Part shown: one piece after another, positions 25,501-35,400 of the stretch
Numbering within the stretch: the first letter of the stretch is position 1
Layout of the letters: every line of letters starts with the position of its first letter
Source of the DNA: Schizochytrium sp. TIO01
Lineage: Eukaryota; Protista; Bigyra: Labyrinthulomycetes
Direction: 5' to 3'
DNA length: 64,000 nucleotides
NCBI GenBank assembly: GCA_004764695.1
Contig: SMSO01000032.1
Location: forward strand, 248,001-312,000
Notes under the pieces: generated by a model
Databases searched by the model: none
Told to the model about the DNA's origin: nothing
Seen by the model: only the letters and a program-made list of their open reading frames with translations
Position numbers and translations under genes: made by a program

Positions 25501-28500
25501 AAAGCTGCACAGGCTTGGGCCAAATCCTCAGTTCTTAGCCCGCGAAGTGACTGGGCTGCGCGGAGGATAGGTGTAAAGCCGGCTTGGTCAACTTCAGATA
25601 CAAGGTCATGGAACACTGACTTAGTCACCTGATTAAAGATCAGGTCAAACTTGTCGCCACTCTTTGCCAATGTGTCGTGCTTACACAAAAGGTGAAGGAT
25701 GTTTTGACCCTGATTATCCTTTGCTGTACTCAAATTAGCGCCTGCTTTAACAAGCGTTTCAAACAACTGACTGTGACCTCGAATTGCGGTGTACATGATA
25801 GGCGTGAACCCATCTTTATCCTTTGCATCAACATTAATATTCGGTTGTGAAAGGACGAGCTCCATGAGCACCTGAATAAAAGAGAGGCTACTTGAAGTAG
25901 AGTAGACCTTTGATGCGAGCAAGTGCAAAATTGACACACCGTCGACATCCGCACGGCTCAAGTCAATGTCGTCTCTCGCAAGTAGCGTCCGAAGCGCCCA
26001 TGGAAGCTCCGCGAATACAGTTTCTCGAGTGGGGTTCTTTACGTAGATCGGAGTTTTCACAAAAGTTTCTAGAAAGCTAGACATTTCATTGAAGACAGGA
26101 GTTCGACCTTGCTCGTCAGGAAAGTTGACATTGATAGGCTGGGACAACAACAAGGCTGTCACGGCATTTCGCCCCTTTTGTAATGCTACACTTAAAGGTG
26201 ATGTTTTCCACTCATTCTGGGGGTCCAATGATGCATCGCCATGTTTGAGAAGAAGGTTGGCGAGATCTTCCCAACCGTAGGCAGCAGCATAATGTAATGG
26301 CGTATTTCCACTTGTGTCTGCAGTTTCTGCATTGACACCGATACGCAGGAGCCAGGCAGCAATATGACTATGGCCATTGATGCACGCATGCACCAAGGGT
26401 GACCGGGACACTTTGTCACCCTTAATAGGTGAAGCTCCTGCATCAACAAGCTTTTGCGCCATTTCCATATCACCAAGCTGGATTGCCAAATGAAGAGGCA
26501 TGAGTTTCATCTTGTCTGCGGGAAGCTGTGCATCTACGGCTGCGCCAAATTTAAGAAGCATGTCGACTGTTTCATATCTTGCTGCGCGCCGGGACATAAC
26601 AGCCACGTGAATCGCGCTCTTACCGGCTCGGTTTCGAACAGAGAGCATTGAAGCCCGTGCGTCTTCGGGGCAGTCATTAAGCAATAGTTCAACACATTCG
26701 GGCCGTGCAGAGCGACATGCAATATGCAGAGGTGTCTCTTTATCTCCACTACGACAAGCTGCATTACGATCAAGAGACGGGTAAGTTTCCAGGAGGTATT
26801 TGAGAGGTGCTGGACTCTCGCAAGCGGCGGCATAGTGCAGAAGGTTTCGCTTCTTGTCATCAAGACTCGTGAATGCGGCAGGTGCTGCGGCGAGAAGAGC
26901 CTTCAGGTAATCCGTACAAGGGTTAACACAGGCAAACATAAGAGGCGATGAACGCAATTCGCAATTACCGTGCTTGGTCACGGAGATGGCACGAAACGGT
27001 TTGCTAAAGGGCTCTGACTTATTCGTTGGCGGCCCATCTTGCAACACTTCAGTGTGCAGAAAGTTGAAACCGTCTTCATCTTTGGCAGAAGCAAGAAGTC
27101 GACGGGCAAGCTTGTACGAACCGCCACGAATGGCACGGCTGATGGGGATATAAAAGTTCGAAAAGTAAAACTTGGTTTCCAAGATGTCCATTACCTCAGT
27201 GGTGAGAGGGTCAAAATCTTGGAACAAGTCCCATGTAGGCCAAGATGCTCCCATGTTGCTGGTAAAGATCTTGTTGTAGTCAAAAGTCGGCACAGCTCCA
27301 TTTCTGATTTGACTTCCTGAGGCAGAGCAAATGTAGTTTCCATTCTCAACATCACCCATCAAGGCGTTATTGCCCTCTTTGCCACCTCGGGAAGCATTAA
27401 TTTTAGCCCGACCATAGCCATCAGAGTATTTTGATGTATGGGCACCAGTGCTGAGCTGTGTGAGCGTGCAAGCCTGAAATCGAGCTCGTGAGGTGCTGAG
27501 TTGTTGCTCATTGAGAATGTCAGAGATCATTTCAGTCCTACTGAGTACCAAAGCCCAAGAAAGTGGTGAAAATTTTACATGGATAGATTGCATAATCGTG
27601 GTAGTACCGATTTGTGCAGTGTCCTTCATCAAACCTTTGAAGGCTTTCGTGTCATCACTACGAACTGCACGAATGAGCTCTTTAGTAGCACGCTCTATAT
27701 CACCTGAGAAGAGATCATGTTTGCCCTCCAAAGAAGTGGTCCAGCGGTCACTTACGAGTGGAACATCAGGTCGTGGGCATAACTTCTTGCTAGTTTTACC
27801 TTTACCTTTAGCTGCAGTAGCTTTTCCAGAAGTTGCATTCTTCTTGCCACCAACCTTGCGGGTCTTGCGAGAACGGCGTGGCTTCCCGTCATCAGACTCG
27901 TCATCACCAGCGGTTCCGTCTGCGTCTGCGCCATCATCGTCATCATCGGCACCAACTTTACGCTTGATACGCTTTCCAGAGAGTGCTCCACGCCGGAGAC
28001 GCTTCTGCACCGCAGCGTCACCAAACTGGGAATCTGCATCAGACTCGTATTCATCCTGAAGCTGGCGGGCAAGACGCTCATCCGCAAATGCAAAGGCAGA
28101 TTCTGGAATTCGAAAACCCAACGTCGACGGAGAGGCTCCTTTCTTTGAGATCTCCTCAAGCTTGACTTGGCCTGTAAGAGAGCATACGAGTGAGCCAATC
28201 GGTGTTTCGTCAACTTCTTCGCGACCAATGAAAAGGAGACTTTGAGACTCACTTTCGTCGTACCATTCAATTTCGACCTGATCCTCTGCATCACCGTTCA
28301 TGTACACATCTGCCTGAAGCCTTCCAATAAAGAACTTCTTATGTCCTTCAGCTTTGGCATCACTAAGTACTGTCACAAGCTCTCCTTCAGCAAATTTGAG
28401 CTCGTAGCTGTCGTGCCCCATTCTCCGCTTCTCTGGTTGCTCCGGTGGGGCCTTGCGTCGGAGACGAGACGTAGGCCCAGACATTGCTTCATTGCTTTTA

Positions 28501-28919
28501 TCTTTATCGTCTTTGGAGGGCTTAGCGTTGGCCTGAGCAAGCGAAGACGTTGTTGGTCCCGTCTTTGGGTTCTTCGTGGTTGAACTTTCGTTGCTTAACT
28601 CCTCGGCGTTGATAGTTTCGACCGGAGAGTATTTAGCTTGCGACGTGGTGATGGTAGGTGGAGGGCTCTTGCGTCTTCTTCCTCTCGTGGCATTGGTGGT
28701 CTTCTTTTCAGCCACAATCCCTTCCTTTGCAGACTCCTTGTTTTTTGCAGGTCTGCCACGTCTATTTTTCTTGTTGCGCTGTTCACTCAATTCTTGCATG
28801 GGTTCTTCATTTCCCGCAACAACAATGCGACGCCGGTTGCTCCTGCCAATCGTTTCGCCTTCAGCCGACTTATCCTCTGCCACCGGCAAAGCTGACTTAG
28901 CTGCACGTCTTGCTGCCAT
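19512..28919 (-). CDS. Giant ankyrin-repeat poly(ADP-ribose) polymerase: AT-hook and BAH-like N-terminus, many ANK repeats, Tudor-like, WGR, PARP regulatory and catalytic domains (PME-5/tankyrase-like architecture)
   Basis: Numerous TPLH-type ankyrin repeats; WGR domain (NNFYKLQL...NNWGRI...EFEKVFKSKTGN.W); regulatory domain (LPLGQIS, LSIEFYELVP); catalytic triad LLWHGT / FGRGVYFAD / YNEFIVYD (H-Y-E). First ATG at 28919. Confidence 0.93.
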   Translation of the reverse strand: MAARRAAKSALPVAEDKSAEGETIGRSNRRRIVVAGNEEPMQELSEQRNKKNRRGRPAKNKESAKEGIVAEKKTTNATRGRRRKSPPPTITTSQAKYSPVETINAEELSNESSTTKNPKTGPTTSSLAQANAKPSKDDKDKSNEAMSGPTSRLRRKAPPEQPEKRRMGHDSYELKFAEGELVTVLSDAKAEGHKKFFIGRLQADVYMNGDAEDQVEIEWYDESESQSLLFIGREEVDETPIGSLVCSLTGQVKLEEISKKGASPSTLGFRIPESAFAFADERLARQLQDEYESDADSQFGDAAVQKRLRRGALSGKRIKRKVGADDDDDGADADGTAGDDESDDGKPRRSRKTRKVGGKKNATSGKATAAKGKGKTSKKLCPRPDVPLVSDRWTTSLEGKHDLFSGDIERATKELIRAVRSDDTKAFKGLMKDTAQIGTTTIMQSIHVKFSPLSWALVLSRTEMISDILNEQQLSTSRARFQACTLTQLSTGAHTSKYSDGYGRAKINASRGGKEGNNALMGDVENGNYICSASGSQIRNGAVPTFDYNKIFTSNMGASWPTWDLFQDFDPLTTEVMDILETKFYFSNFYIPISRAIRGGSYKLARRLLASAKDEDGFNFLHTEVLQDGPPTNKSEPFSKPFRAISVTKHGNCELRSSPLMFACVNPCTDYLKALLAAAPAAFTSLDDKKRNLLHYAAACESPAPLKYLLETYPSLDRNAACRSGDKETPLHIACRSARPECVELLLNDCPEDARASMLSVRNRAGKSAIHVAVMSRRAARYETVDMLLKFGAAVDAQLPADKMKLMPLHLAIQLGDMEMAQKLVDAGASPIKGDKVSRSPLVHACINGHSHIAAWLLRIGVNAETADTSGNTPLHYAAAYGWEDLANLLLKHGDASLDPQNEWKTSPLSVALQKGRNAVTALLLSQPINVNFPDEQGRTPVFNEMSSFLETFVKTPIYVKNPTRETVFAELPWALRTLLARDDIDLSRADVDGVSILHLLASKVYSTSSSLSFIQVLMELVLSQPNINVDAKDKDGFTPIMYTAIRGHSQLFETLVKAGANLSTAKDNQGQNILHLLCKHDTLAKSGDKFDLIFNQVTKSVFHDLVSEVDQAGFTPILRAAQSLRGLRTEDLAQACAAFHTLCTKFGIPPEMLSVKVLPSAERRVPTELAKALKSPEGPLAKFFTIEDVDELRRKKANETAALASCEFYSSRHNDDKTVIHMLVEMNNLTFLKSTLEWFLPLVASCADTMVQPAGSPGSRLNPVQILLLRRLPRLTTSQQQGSETVQVQATSPHRRSSKKNALSGGDSDSDSDYSAEDMLDDSDDESSSEEKPDTVNATNLQSENEPNVLLSACKSLLKFSKLLDTNEPAEGVFASDLERTSFKFSASEEQDKIDELRHCLKSDDLEDLPGKFEELAMLRLKRRLAVAESNGCSDREPVVHVLAGSGNVGPKALETLLSCGLRLEAQNSSRKDNTLHIALQRKDNGSEKQIGVLKLLCKNAPAMLSEVNDQGRSPLHMVADRDDAKSLSVLLTALKENSKTINLQDAQGRTPLHLSVVRAAERKGEALEPCEVSLMDAGAQLDIVDENGHSPMHLAFLGAHAHNDLFNFPHSLPRQETHDRIELVNALLEFSNGLEFIDAGDRWERTPLMYAAAFNSVVSSLLLLTKGARMFAEDIDGNNALNIAELRGHDMFAITLLKSAGEKIPKKLPDIVNIQRREVEKDGTKQIEVVSETRRSMFWHASSKKQMGLAYIVLPMLERTKAIADALDCGSLHMVRKLVSTAKLDTLKMCDSDGRNMLHLIAAAKSLNQNKEWSVLLAEKLIGRGVDASLPDKNGCLPLHLAAGRGDLALCQFLMKHSQNDVSKKDAQGQPPLWHLVASLNANKNGADLADLLELIEILAKPLGPLKTLSNKVTISLKNKNSAGNLDVPPLKFVSLKLEAGPNVETVKRELESSGKGFKSHGNVETDKEDTTTGEVVSTLAIEASKCKHEEVFNKLASFELDLDASDAKGLNALHHAVLTGNIKASDLLMRVGANVNTITRDETRRTPLMLATLASENRVIENTMGCIISSLLRFGADISIRCPSDGNTAFHYAVALNRIGLVEKFLQATTISKGVDTTKEEVAAPHTDLENSSSAYFLVRHQKDPALYPVIRERAENGQTKFKFGIQNQVASTEEIEKGILEQAFHSCGIRGCSELLMGVINKLMQTKTLHEIVKMKFDEIRDAMEAQRWRASTLLRVLTEVRKNLPPATVSPMGCPGFCKTNVSEVFDASDLKLHSESEYVALYRKEKGDEAEGESYMACSNKVREYDGAENLLILGKDPMLLEPLAEGSSVLVYMDNYGHFHEGQIVSMQPNGTYIVDLVLGQRQNNVLRKNLRPWAKSAPGANEQRASTLKTIIQEKNEEGKSCLDILAKPVDFGSFENTKLANLLIEAGAEVTAETLALARPGGHLARYFRQKLDGESGDVEMEDAEASTSARDDEADILPELDNVPDSAEYAKTVHDAVVEIERDFVRSVPATATVNPVCELKSESIRVLPCGENDFYDVVLIKVDRKYDFFLNNFYKLQLVEDPIKDLVIMINNWGRIDDNPGKFQQTPFSSREEAIKEFEKVFKSKTGNLWTDRDSFEAQPKKYRIVHRVSRKFESRPLPELATVLQDRVEFPDAVRKTSLPKSVLGMLEYIANPKALASFANELGLLETDLPLGQISIDVLLKAEKKLREIARVLVEADALRNAATVDVEKHREVLDHLVKLSIEFYELVPMTDNCDGPVRPFQSENDSHYKRAAQLLVNLKDLTTAAQLIAVGFQHRNQEHCLEKVYRFTGANLAPLEIGNLERTCIEQYFRNTTGSSEDLVVNEVFKVRRHNEPSNRHMHSRRLLWHGTSACNVLGILREGLRIAPPEVPRAGLAFGRGVYFADTAQKSLGYCRMSSEQGEKAYLILAEVALGRPYEIPFGEYMEKPHAGTNSTVGIGCKQPDPSQDLVLNPAGVSVPLGKVIRRAGESNKVNWDRTLRIKFTQAAIAKLEAFRSSPDTVFPGASITLQAVPENGTEPSSYEVTLNNGPMSKTATARLIDEATGKPDGQTPPLTLTREVTSSEAWLAYNEFIVYDTARINIRYIVEIARKSDIIAAVKKHAK

Positions 28920-29956
28920 CTCTGCACCCAAGCTCTGTGGCAACTTTGTTACAGGGCAATTGCAATTCTAAGACTTGAGTTGCTTCTCACTACCAGCTTG
29001 GTACTTCAGCAGCAGCGGTATGTATAAGTTCTTGGTTTTACCAGTTTCAGATTTGCTGATCCTGTAATCGAGGCTTGTTTATTCACTTCAGGAACCAGAC
29101 CTGTTTGCCTGCCCGCCCCGCTGCCTTAGTGCTGCCACCTTGGCGTCCCTGAGTCGAGTTGATCTCGCCAATCTCAATCCGGGTTTGCCCGCCTCCAGCT
29201 CCACATTTACTACTTAGTACGAATTACAGATACCATCTTAGGGGTACTACTTTTTCTAGGCCTGGCCTAGCTGCTCCTAGCAGCCCTTACGCGGACCCAA
29301 CTGGGACTGCTACAGTTTACACTAACCATGGTGCTACCAGCTTTACGTCTTGAGATCTTCAGTGGAGGTGTGTGTGTGGTCCAAATAAGTTCAACGTGAA
29401 GATACCATCATCAGTTTCAAGCTGTCAATCAGGAACAGACTCGTCGCTCTCTGAGCATCGTGCGCCATCCTGATTCTGCGAGGAGGCTGCCTGGAGTGTG
29501 TGTGTAGCTTGGCAACGGATGAGACTCGAGCTTCCAGATTGATGGAGCTTACAATTTTATGTGGTGCAAATCGCTGCAGAACCTGGAGGGAATCAGGTCG
29601 TCGGTCAATCAAAGGTTGTAAAAGGATGTGCAAGTCGACCCAGAAGCTCGCGAGGTGCCCACATAAACCTGTGTTTCGACCTTCACTGTCTGTCTGCATG
29701 GCGGCGATTTGCGCTCAAGCTGACTCTAAGGCCGCTTCGAAAGCACGCGAGGCAGCAGAATTGCGACGGTGCGATGCCGATATCGTGGCCAACGGCGCTG
29801 CAAACTTCGCGCTGCTCTTGAGCATCTTCAGGTGCTCTTCAAAGATAGATTTTGAGCTGTGTGTTTTGGTCGACTTGCCGACAAATCACTGCATCGAGGC
29901 ACGGACCTGAGCAGCGCCAACCTCAAGATCAACAGCCATTCACATTTGCAGGCACG

Positions 29957-30022
29957 CAACTCAACGCAACGCAACGCAACGCAACGCAATGCAATGCAAT
30001 GCAATGCAATGCAATGCAATGC
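29957..30022. repeat. Compound (CAACG)n(CAATG)n microsatellite
   Basis: Read directly from the sequence. Confidence 0.9.
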
Positions 30023-32431
30023 ACCGCAGCGCAGCGCATTACACCCGGAGCGACCCCATTTCCACAAGCTACTGCTCTGTGAGTGTGAGCATGAAGTTGA
30101 ATGGCAAGTCGATTTAGATCAAGCTTGTGCGTCAGAGGCATCACTGCACATAAACAGCTTCGACAACCTCAGGGCCTTGAGCTTGCTTCCTGCTGGTCCC
30201 CCGCTCGTTTACACCTCTTTTCGAGACGAAGCATATGAACGATCTTCGATCAACCACTTAGCCGATGGCTGTCGATGGGCCATCTGATGGTTCACGATGA
30301 AGGCAATGGCTGCTAGCCCCAATTTGCGCAGAGCTCGAGACAATCTAGAGAGATCGATTCGTGCAGGGCTTGTTTGCTTTCCTCCGCCTGCCGATACCCA
30401 ATAGGCACAATTCGGCTGTCAAAGGTCCTTACTCTTGGTCCATTTTATGCAAGTGATGCACTATTTTGCATCACGAGGCGATCAAATCTTTAGTTCACTT
30501 GAGATAGCATGCTCAAGCTCGTGGTCGATTCGGTAATTCCTCTCAAGAAATCAAGACGTACCTCGAATTTCACTCCATTTGATTGTCTCAATCCTGTTCC
30601 AGACAGCGTATTCTTATTCAATTGTGTTTACAGCTCCTTAGATTTTTTTTTCTTTCCATTTTCATTTCTTTTTTGGAAAGTAAATAGAGAAGATCACTTT
30701 CCCTAATCAGGGTCTTTTATTAAGGTTAGGAGGAAGTCTTACCTTTTAAGTAATATAGTTATATTGAAGAAAAGGTATGAGACAGAGGCATGGTATTACA
30801 AGACGCGAAAATCTTTTGTAATCTTGCACGAGCCAGCGTACAACTTGGAACTCAAGGCTGAGGATGAAAACGCAAACAACTTCGAATGATGGCCATAGTA
30901 TCGATGTTCGATCGATGACGAACTTGAAACTCGCAGAGTTATTACGAATATCGACGGGTCTTTGAAGTCAAAGTCTCCACTCGCGAAAGGTTTGTTTTTC
31001 ATTTCTGGTTGTACGAAGTACTACCAGACTTATCTTCAATCAGGAGTGTACTTGTTTTTATTATTGCTATTTGGTTAATTTCTCCTCTCGTTTTTAAAGT
31101 TAAATAAATAGATTACAGGACGCAAAAACTTTTTGCTACTCGGGGTATAAAGTCAGTAAAAAGTAGCATTACTGGGCTACGCATTTACTGTCCATCGGGT
31201 TGCAGAACCCAGAGCTACTCTGAATGCACTGCAGAACCACTACTGTCTCCCACAACTTACACGGGAAGTGAAAGACTAAACGTAATGATGGCGATAGTCT
31301 TCAGACGATCCATCACTCAGCGGACTCGACTTGGAATTTGAAGTCGCAGAACCCAGAGCCCACTGTATGTGGGTGGCACTCCAGCCTTAAGTCGATTTTG
31401 AAGTATCCAAAGCTTGCAGATATCACTAGTTAGCTACTTAAATAGCCTTTTGCAAGGCTACCATATTTACGGAGCTGGTCACATGCAGAACTCAAGTGAA
31501 GTGGGGTTTTGGGATTAAAGCTGGGGTCCGAAGGGGCTTTCGAGTTGATCCAAAGCACCAGACACCTTCCAGAGATCAAACACTAGATCTAAACCAAATA
31601 CTAATTAAGATCGTCTTAACTGGTCGCTGTTGTTTACAAAACATCATATTTGAACTTGAAGTACTACTTCTGCAAATAATGGTACCTGAGTGCCCTTCGA
31701 GTGTGTACTACAATGCTGATACGCCTAGCTAGGTAGGTAAATAGGTTAGAAGCGGTACAAGGGGCAGTGTGTATCAAATCACTTGTAGTCGGTTACTAAG
31801 CTGAATGGAACGCCACTACTATGTCAATTGTGAGTATCTTAGGCCAGATGTACTCGATTCCTTAATTCCAATGTGATCTTTTAAGTTCAGAGAAAGAATG
31901 CAGCTACGATCATGGACCAGGACAACATCAGGTGACACGGCCCGGACCCATTAACATATTAAAGGACACTGCGATCCAGACTACCAGAACCCCTAATTCA
32001 GGTTCTCCGAATCTGACCGGATACCACAAAAGAATATTAGTTTAGTACAGCTGTGGCACTAGCAATAACTGATTTAAGCTCTTGAGTTCTTTCGAGCCGA
32101 CTTGAGCCGATACTAGATTCAGTTCGTTAAGCTAACATCCTTTATTTGAGTTTCAAAATCCCACGATTGTAGACTTGTAGCCTGAGGTTGAAAATCTCAA
32201 CTTTGAAAACCCCTTTTAGAAAACAACAAATTCTGATTTCAATTCCCTTCCTTTTAATCGTAGAAAATTTGCAGTACAAAACCAATCGAGTTTGAGTAGT
32301 TCTCAGGTTCTCAGGAAAATGAGCGTAGCGATATTACAGAACTGTACACGCCCTATGATAGTCCTAGATAATCAAAACAACTGTATTGCGGATAATACGA
32401 GGATCTAGAAAACATGATGCTACGTTACTGA

Positions 32432-35400
32432 TTATATAGATGAGGTGATAACCTCTTGACTGAAACAGATAAAGGTTGTTCCAGCCCCACATACAACTTG
32501 CTCAGCTGCCCCTGGAAGAATGTTCCGCAGCAGCGCAGGCTCAGGAATGATGATATCATCTTGCTCGTCAAATCCCCAAATAAGCACCTCATTACGCTCT
32601 GTTACTACGGCCGTATGATAGCGTCCACAATCAACACTAACAATGCGTTTATCGAGGTTTGGAACAAGTTGAGGCACAAGACTTGAAGCACTATGATCTG
32701 TACTTCGAAGGATGAGAGGGTTTTTATCTCCACGGTCGCTCCCCTCGGAGCGTTCGAATGGCTTTCGGAGTGGTGCTCGTTGCTGATCGAACTCAACAAT
32801 GCCGACTGATCCGGCACGGCGGTGCAGACGAGGTTTCTTTCTTATACTCGAATTTTGATCGCCTTGAACTCCATCTATGTTATTGGATGCGAGTCCATGC
32901 TGCTGCCCTTGCTGCTGCCCCTGCTGTTGTTCTTGTTGTTGCCATTGCTGAGTCGATGACGATGTAGTTTGCTTGCTCCCGCTTGTCTTACTGCTTCCCC
33001 GAGAAAAGCGACCACGCATGCGGAACGATGATGAGTCACGGTCTCGTGTTCCCGGCTTAGATGATAATAGATCATGCACCATTTGCAGCAGTGATCCCTC
33101 TGAAGCATCAGGATCATGCAGTCGCGGGCTCACACTACGATTCGTCGAAGACTCCTTAGCAGTAGATGAATGGGGATTGCTAGGCGATGATCCTTCGTGG
33201 ATCGTTGTAGCTAGAACATCACGGGAAAGCACATCTTTACCACAACCAAGTTGGCCAAATGCAGCACTTCCGCATGCTAAAAGAGTTCCGTCCCGCAAGA
33301 GAAAACATGAATGCGCAAAGCCTGCAGCCACAGAGGACACCATCCGCCCATACAGATTAACTGGTTTAGGTTCGTAGGCATCCGCGACTGTGCCCAAGCC
33401 AAGACGTCCCTCGCCTCCACAACCCCACACAAATGCAGTTCCAAGCTCCGAAACAGCCATGCTATGTGACCAACCAGCAGCAAGTGACTCAATACGCTCT
33501 TTACTGAGTCTTTCCACGCGGGCTGGTAAATACTGCTTATCAATACGACTTCCTAGCCCAAGTCGTCCACATGTACCACGACCCCAAGACCAAACCTCTT
33601 GTTCTGCAGTGAGGACCAGCGAATGACGTGCACCGCATGCCACTTCAACTACAACCTGCCGTCCATCGTTATCCGAAGAGTGACTCTGATCTGGAAACTC
33701 GACCCACATTGGTGACGTACATCGCTCTTCTCGAGCACCAACACCAACTTGTCCATCTCGATTATCACCCCACGCAAATAGCTGTCCCGCATAATTAACT
33801 GCAAGCATGTGGTTTTCGCCGCACGCAACACGACAGAAACGTTGTCGAGAAAGCAGTGAGTGATGCATTCCTGTGCTCACGCGGACTCGTCCACTTCGCC
33901 CAATCCAACAGTGAACACCTGGCGAAAATTTGCTTGCAGCAAACTGTTGGATGTTTTCGAGCAAATCTGGTTCCTGCCAGGTTACCGCAGGTCGTCGACG
34001 CTCTCCTACACTACCTTGCAAAGCAAGCATAACTTCGCGCGAAGAGTTTTGAGCATCAACGACTAAATAGAGCTGTGAGAAGTCGCCATCAGCTCGATAT
34101 GCGCGACTTATTGGAGGACCCGCAGGCTGGAGGCTCTCACAAACACGTTCAGCTACAGTAGCAGCCAGATCTCGGCCATGACTTGTAATCCATAACGCAG
34201 CTACCTCCACATTAGCCAGGTTATATCCAAGTGAAGTTGTATTTACATTCATCGTATGGAATGCCCTCATAAAGTAAATTTGGGCCATCAGACCTTCCAG
34301 ATCCTCAGCCCATACCATTACATAAATAAGTTGATCTAGCAGATCGTCTGTGGTGAGCTGAAAGGCTGATACATCAACAAAATGGCGTCGGATATTGTCT
34401 TCTACAGCAGCATTGATATAAGACACCACTGTCTCAAGGCACAAAAGTTTCTCTAGAGGTGTAATCCTAGATGATAAGGTACGAAGGTGCTCAATGGCAG
34501 CATTCTGTGGACATTGATATTCTGGCCGCATGCCAAGGTCCTGCTGGTTGAGTCCTCTCGAGCGAAGCACAGCAGCCTCATTAGATAGCTTGGCGTCTTC
34601 ATTCACAAAAAGCTTGCGAAGCTGTGCCATGGATTGATCATGAAGTTGTGCCATCACATAACCCTCCAAAGCTTGCTCAACTTGAAGCATATGTCGGCGC
34701 ACCTGTGTCTGCAAGCTCTGGCGCTCGCGTTTACTCGTGATTAGTTGAACCGCACCTTTATTGCGGTGCAAAGGGGCAAACGAGCTGGATGTAAAGATTA
34801 GAGAAGTCGAGGAAGTGCGTATCCAGCCTTTCACCAGACGTTGCACATTCTCCAGGAATTGCGCATCTACTTGTTCATTATCCCAAGCTTCTAACACCGC
34901 AGCTACAACCTCATCTAACTCTTCAAAAATAATTTCATGCTCAGGGTATGACCGCAATACCCCTAGGTACTTGCCAATCTGGTGTAGGGTCATGCCAGAG
35001 AGGGTACATGGTGATGCGCAACCTCCACGCAACGGCCGGTCAATATGCATAATTTTCAAGGAAATCTTAATCTCTTCGCCTGTTGGTGCTTTCTGCGTTG
35101 TTTCAACAGACTCTGAGTAAAGAACATACACCATTCGTTCTCGCCATGCAGGTCGAACATGGGCCCAATGATCTCCAATACTACCTGCATCTTGGCTACC
35201 AACGAAGACCTGGTTCCCCTTGATGATTACTTGCCGTCCATCCACAGTAACAAAGTCTCCTCTTAATTCTTCAGCAGCTACAAGCAAATGAGATCGCACG
35301 TCCGATATGCTCGGGCGTGTTCGCAAAGAGAGCTCTTGAGGAATACATAGCAAAACAGTAGTCCCTTCCTCCAGAACTAGGTCTTCATCATCATCCAGCA

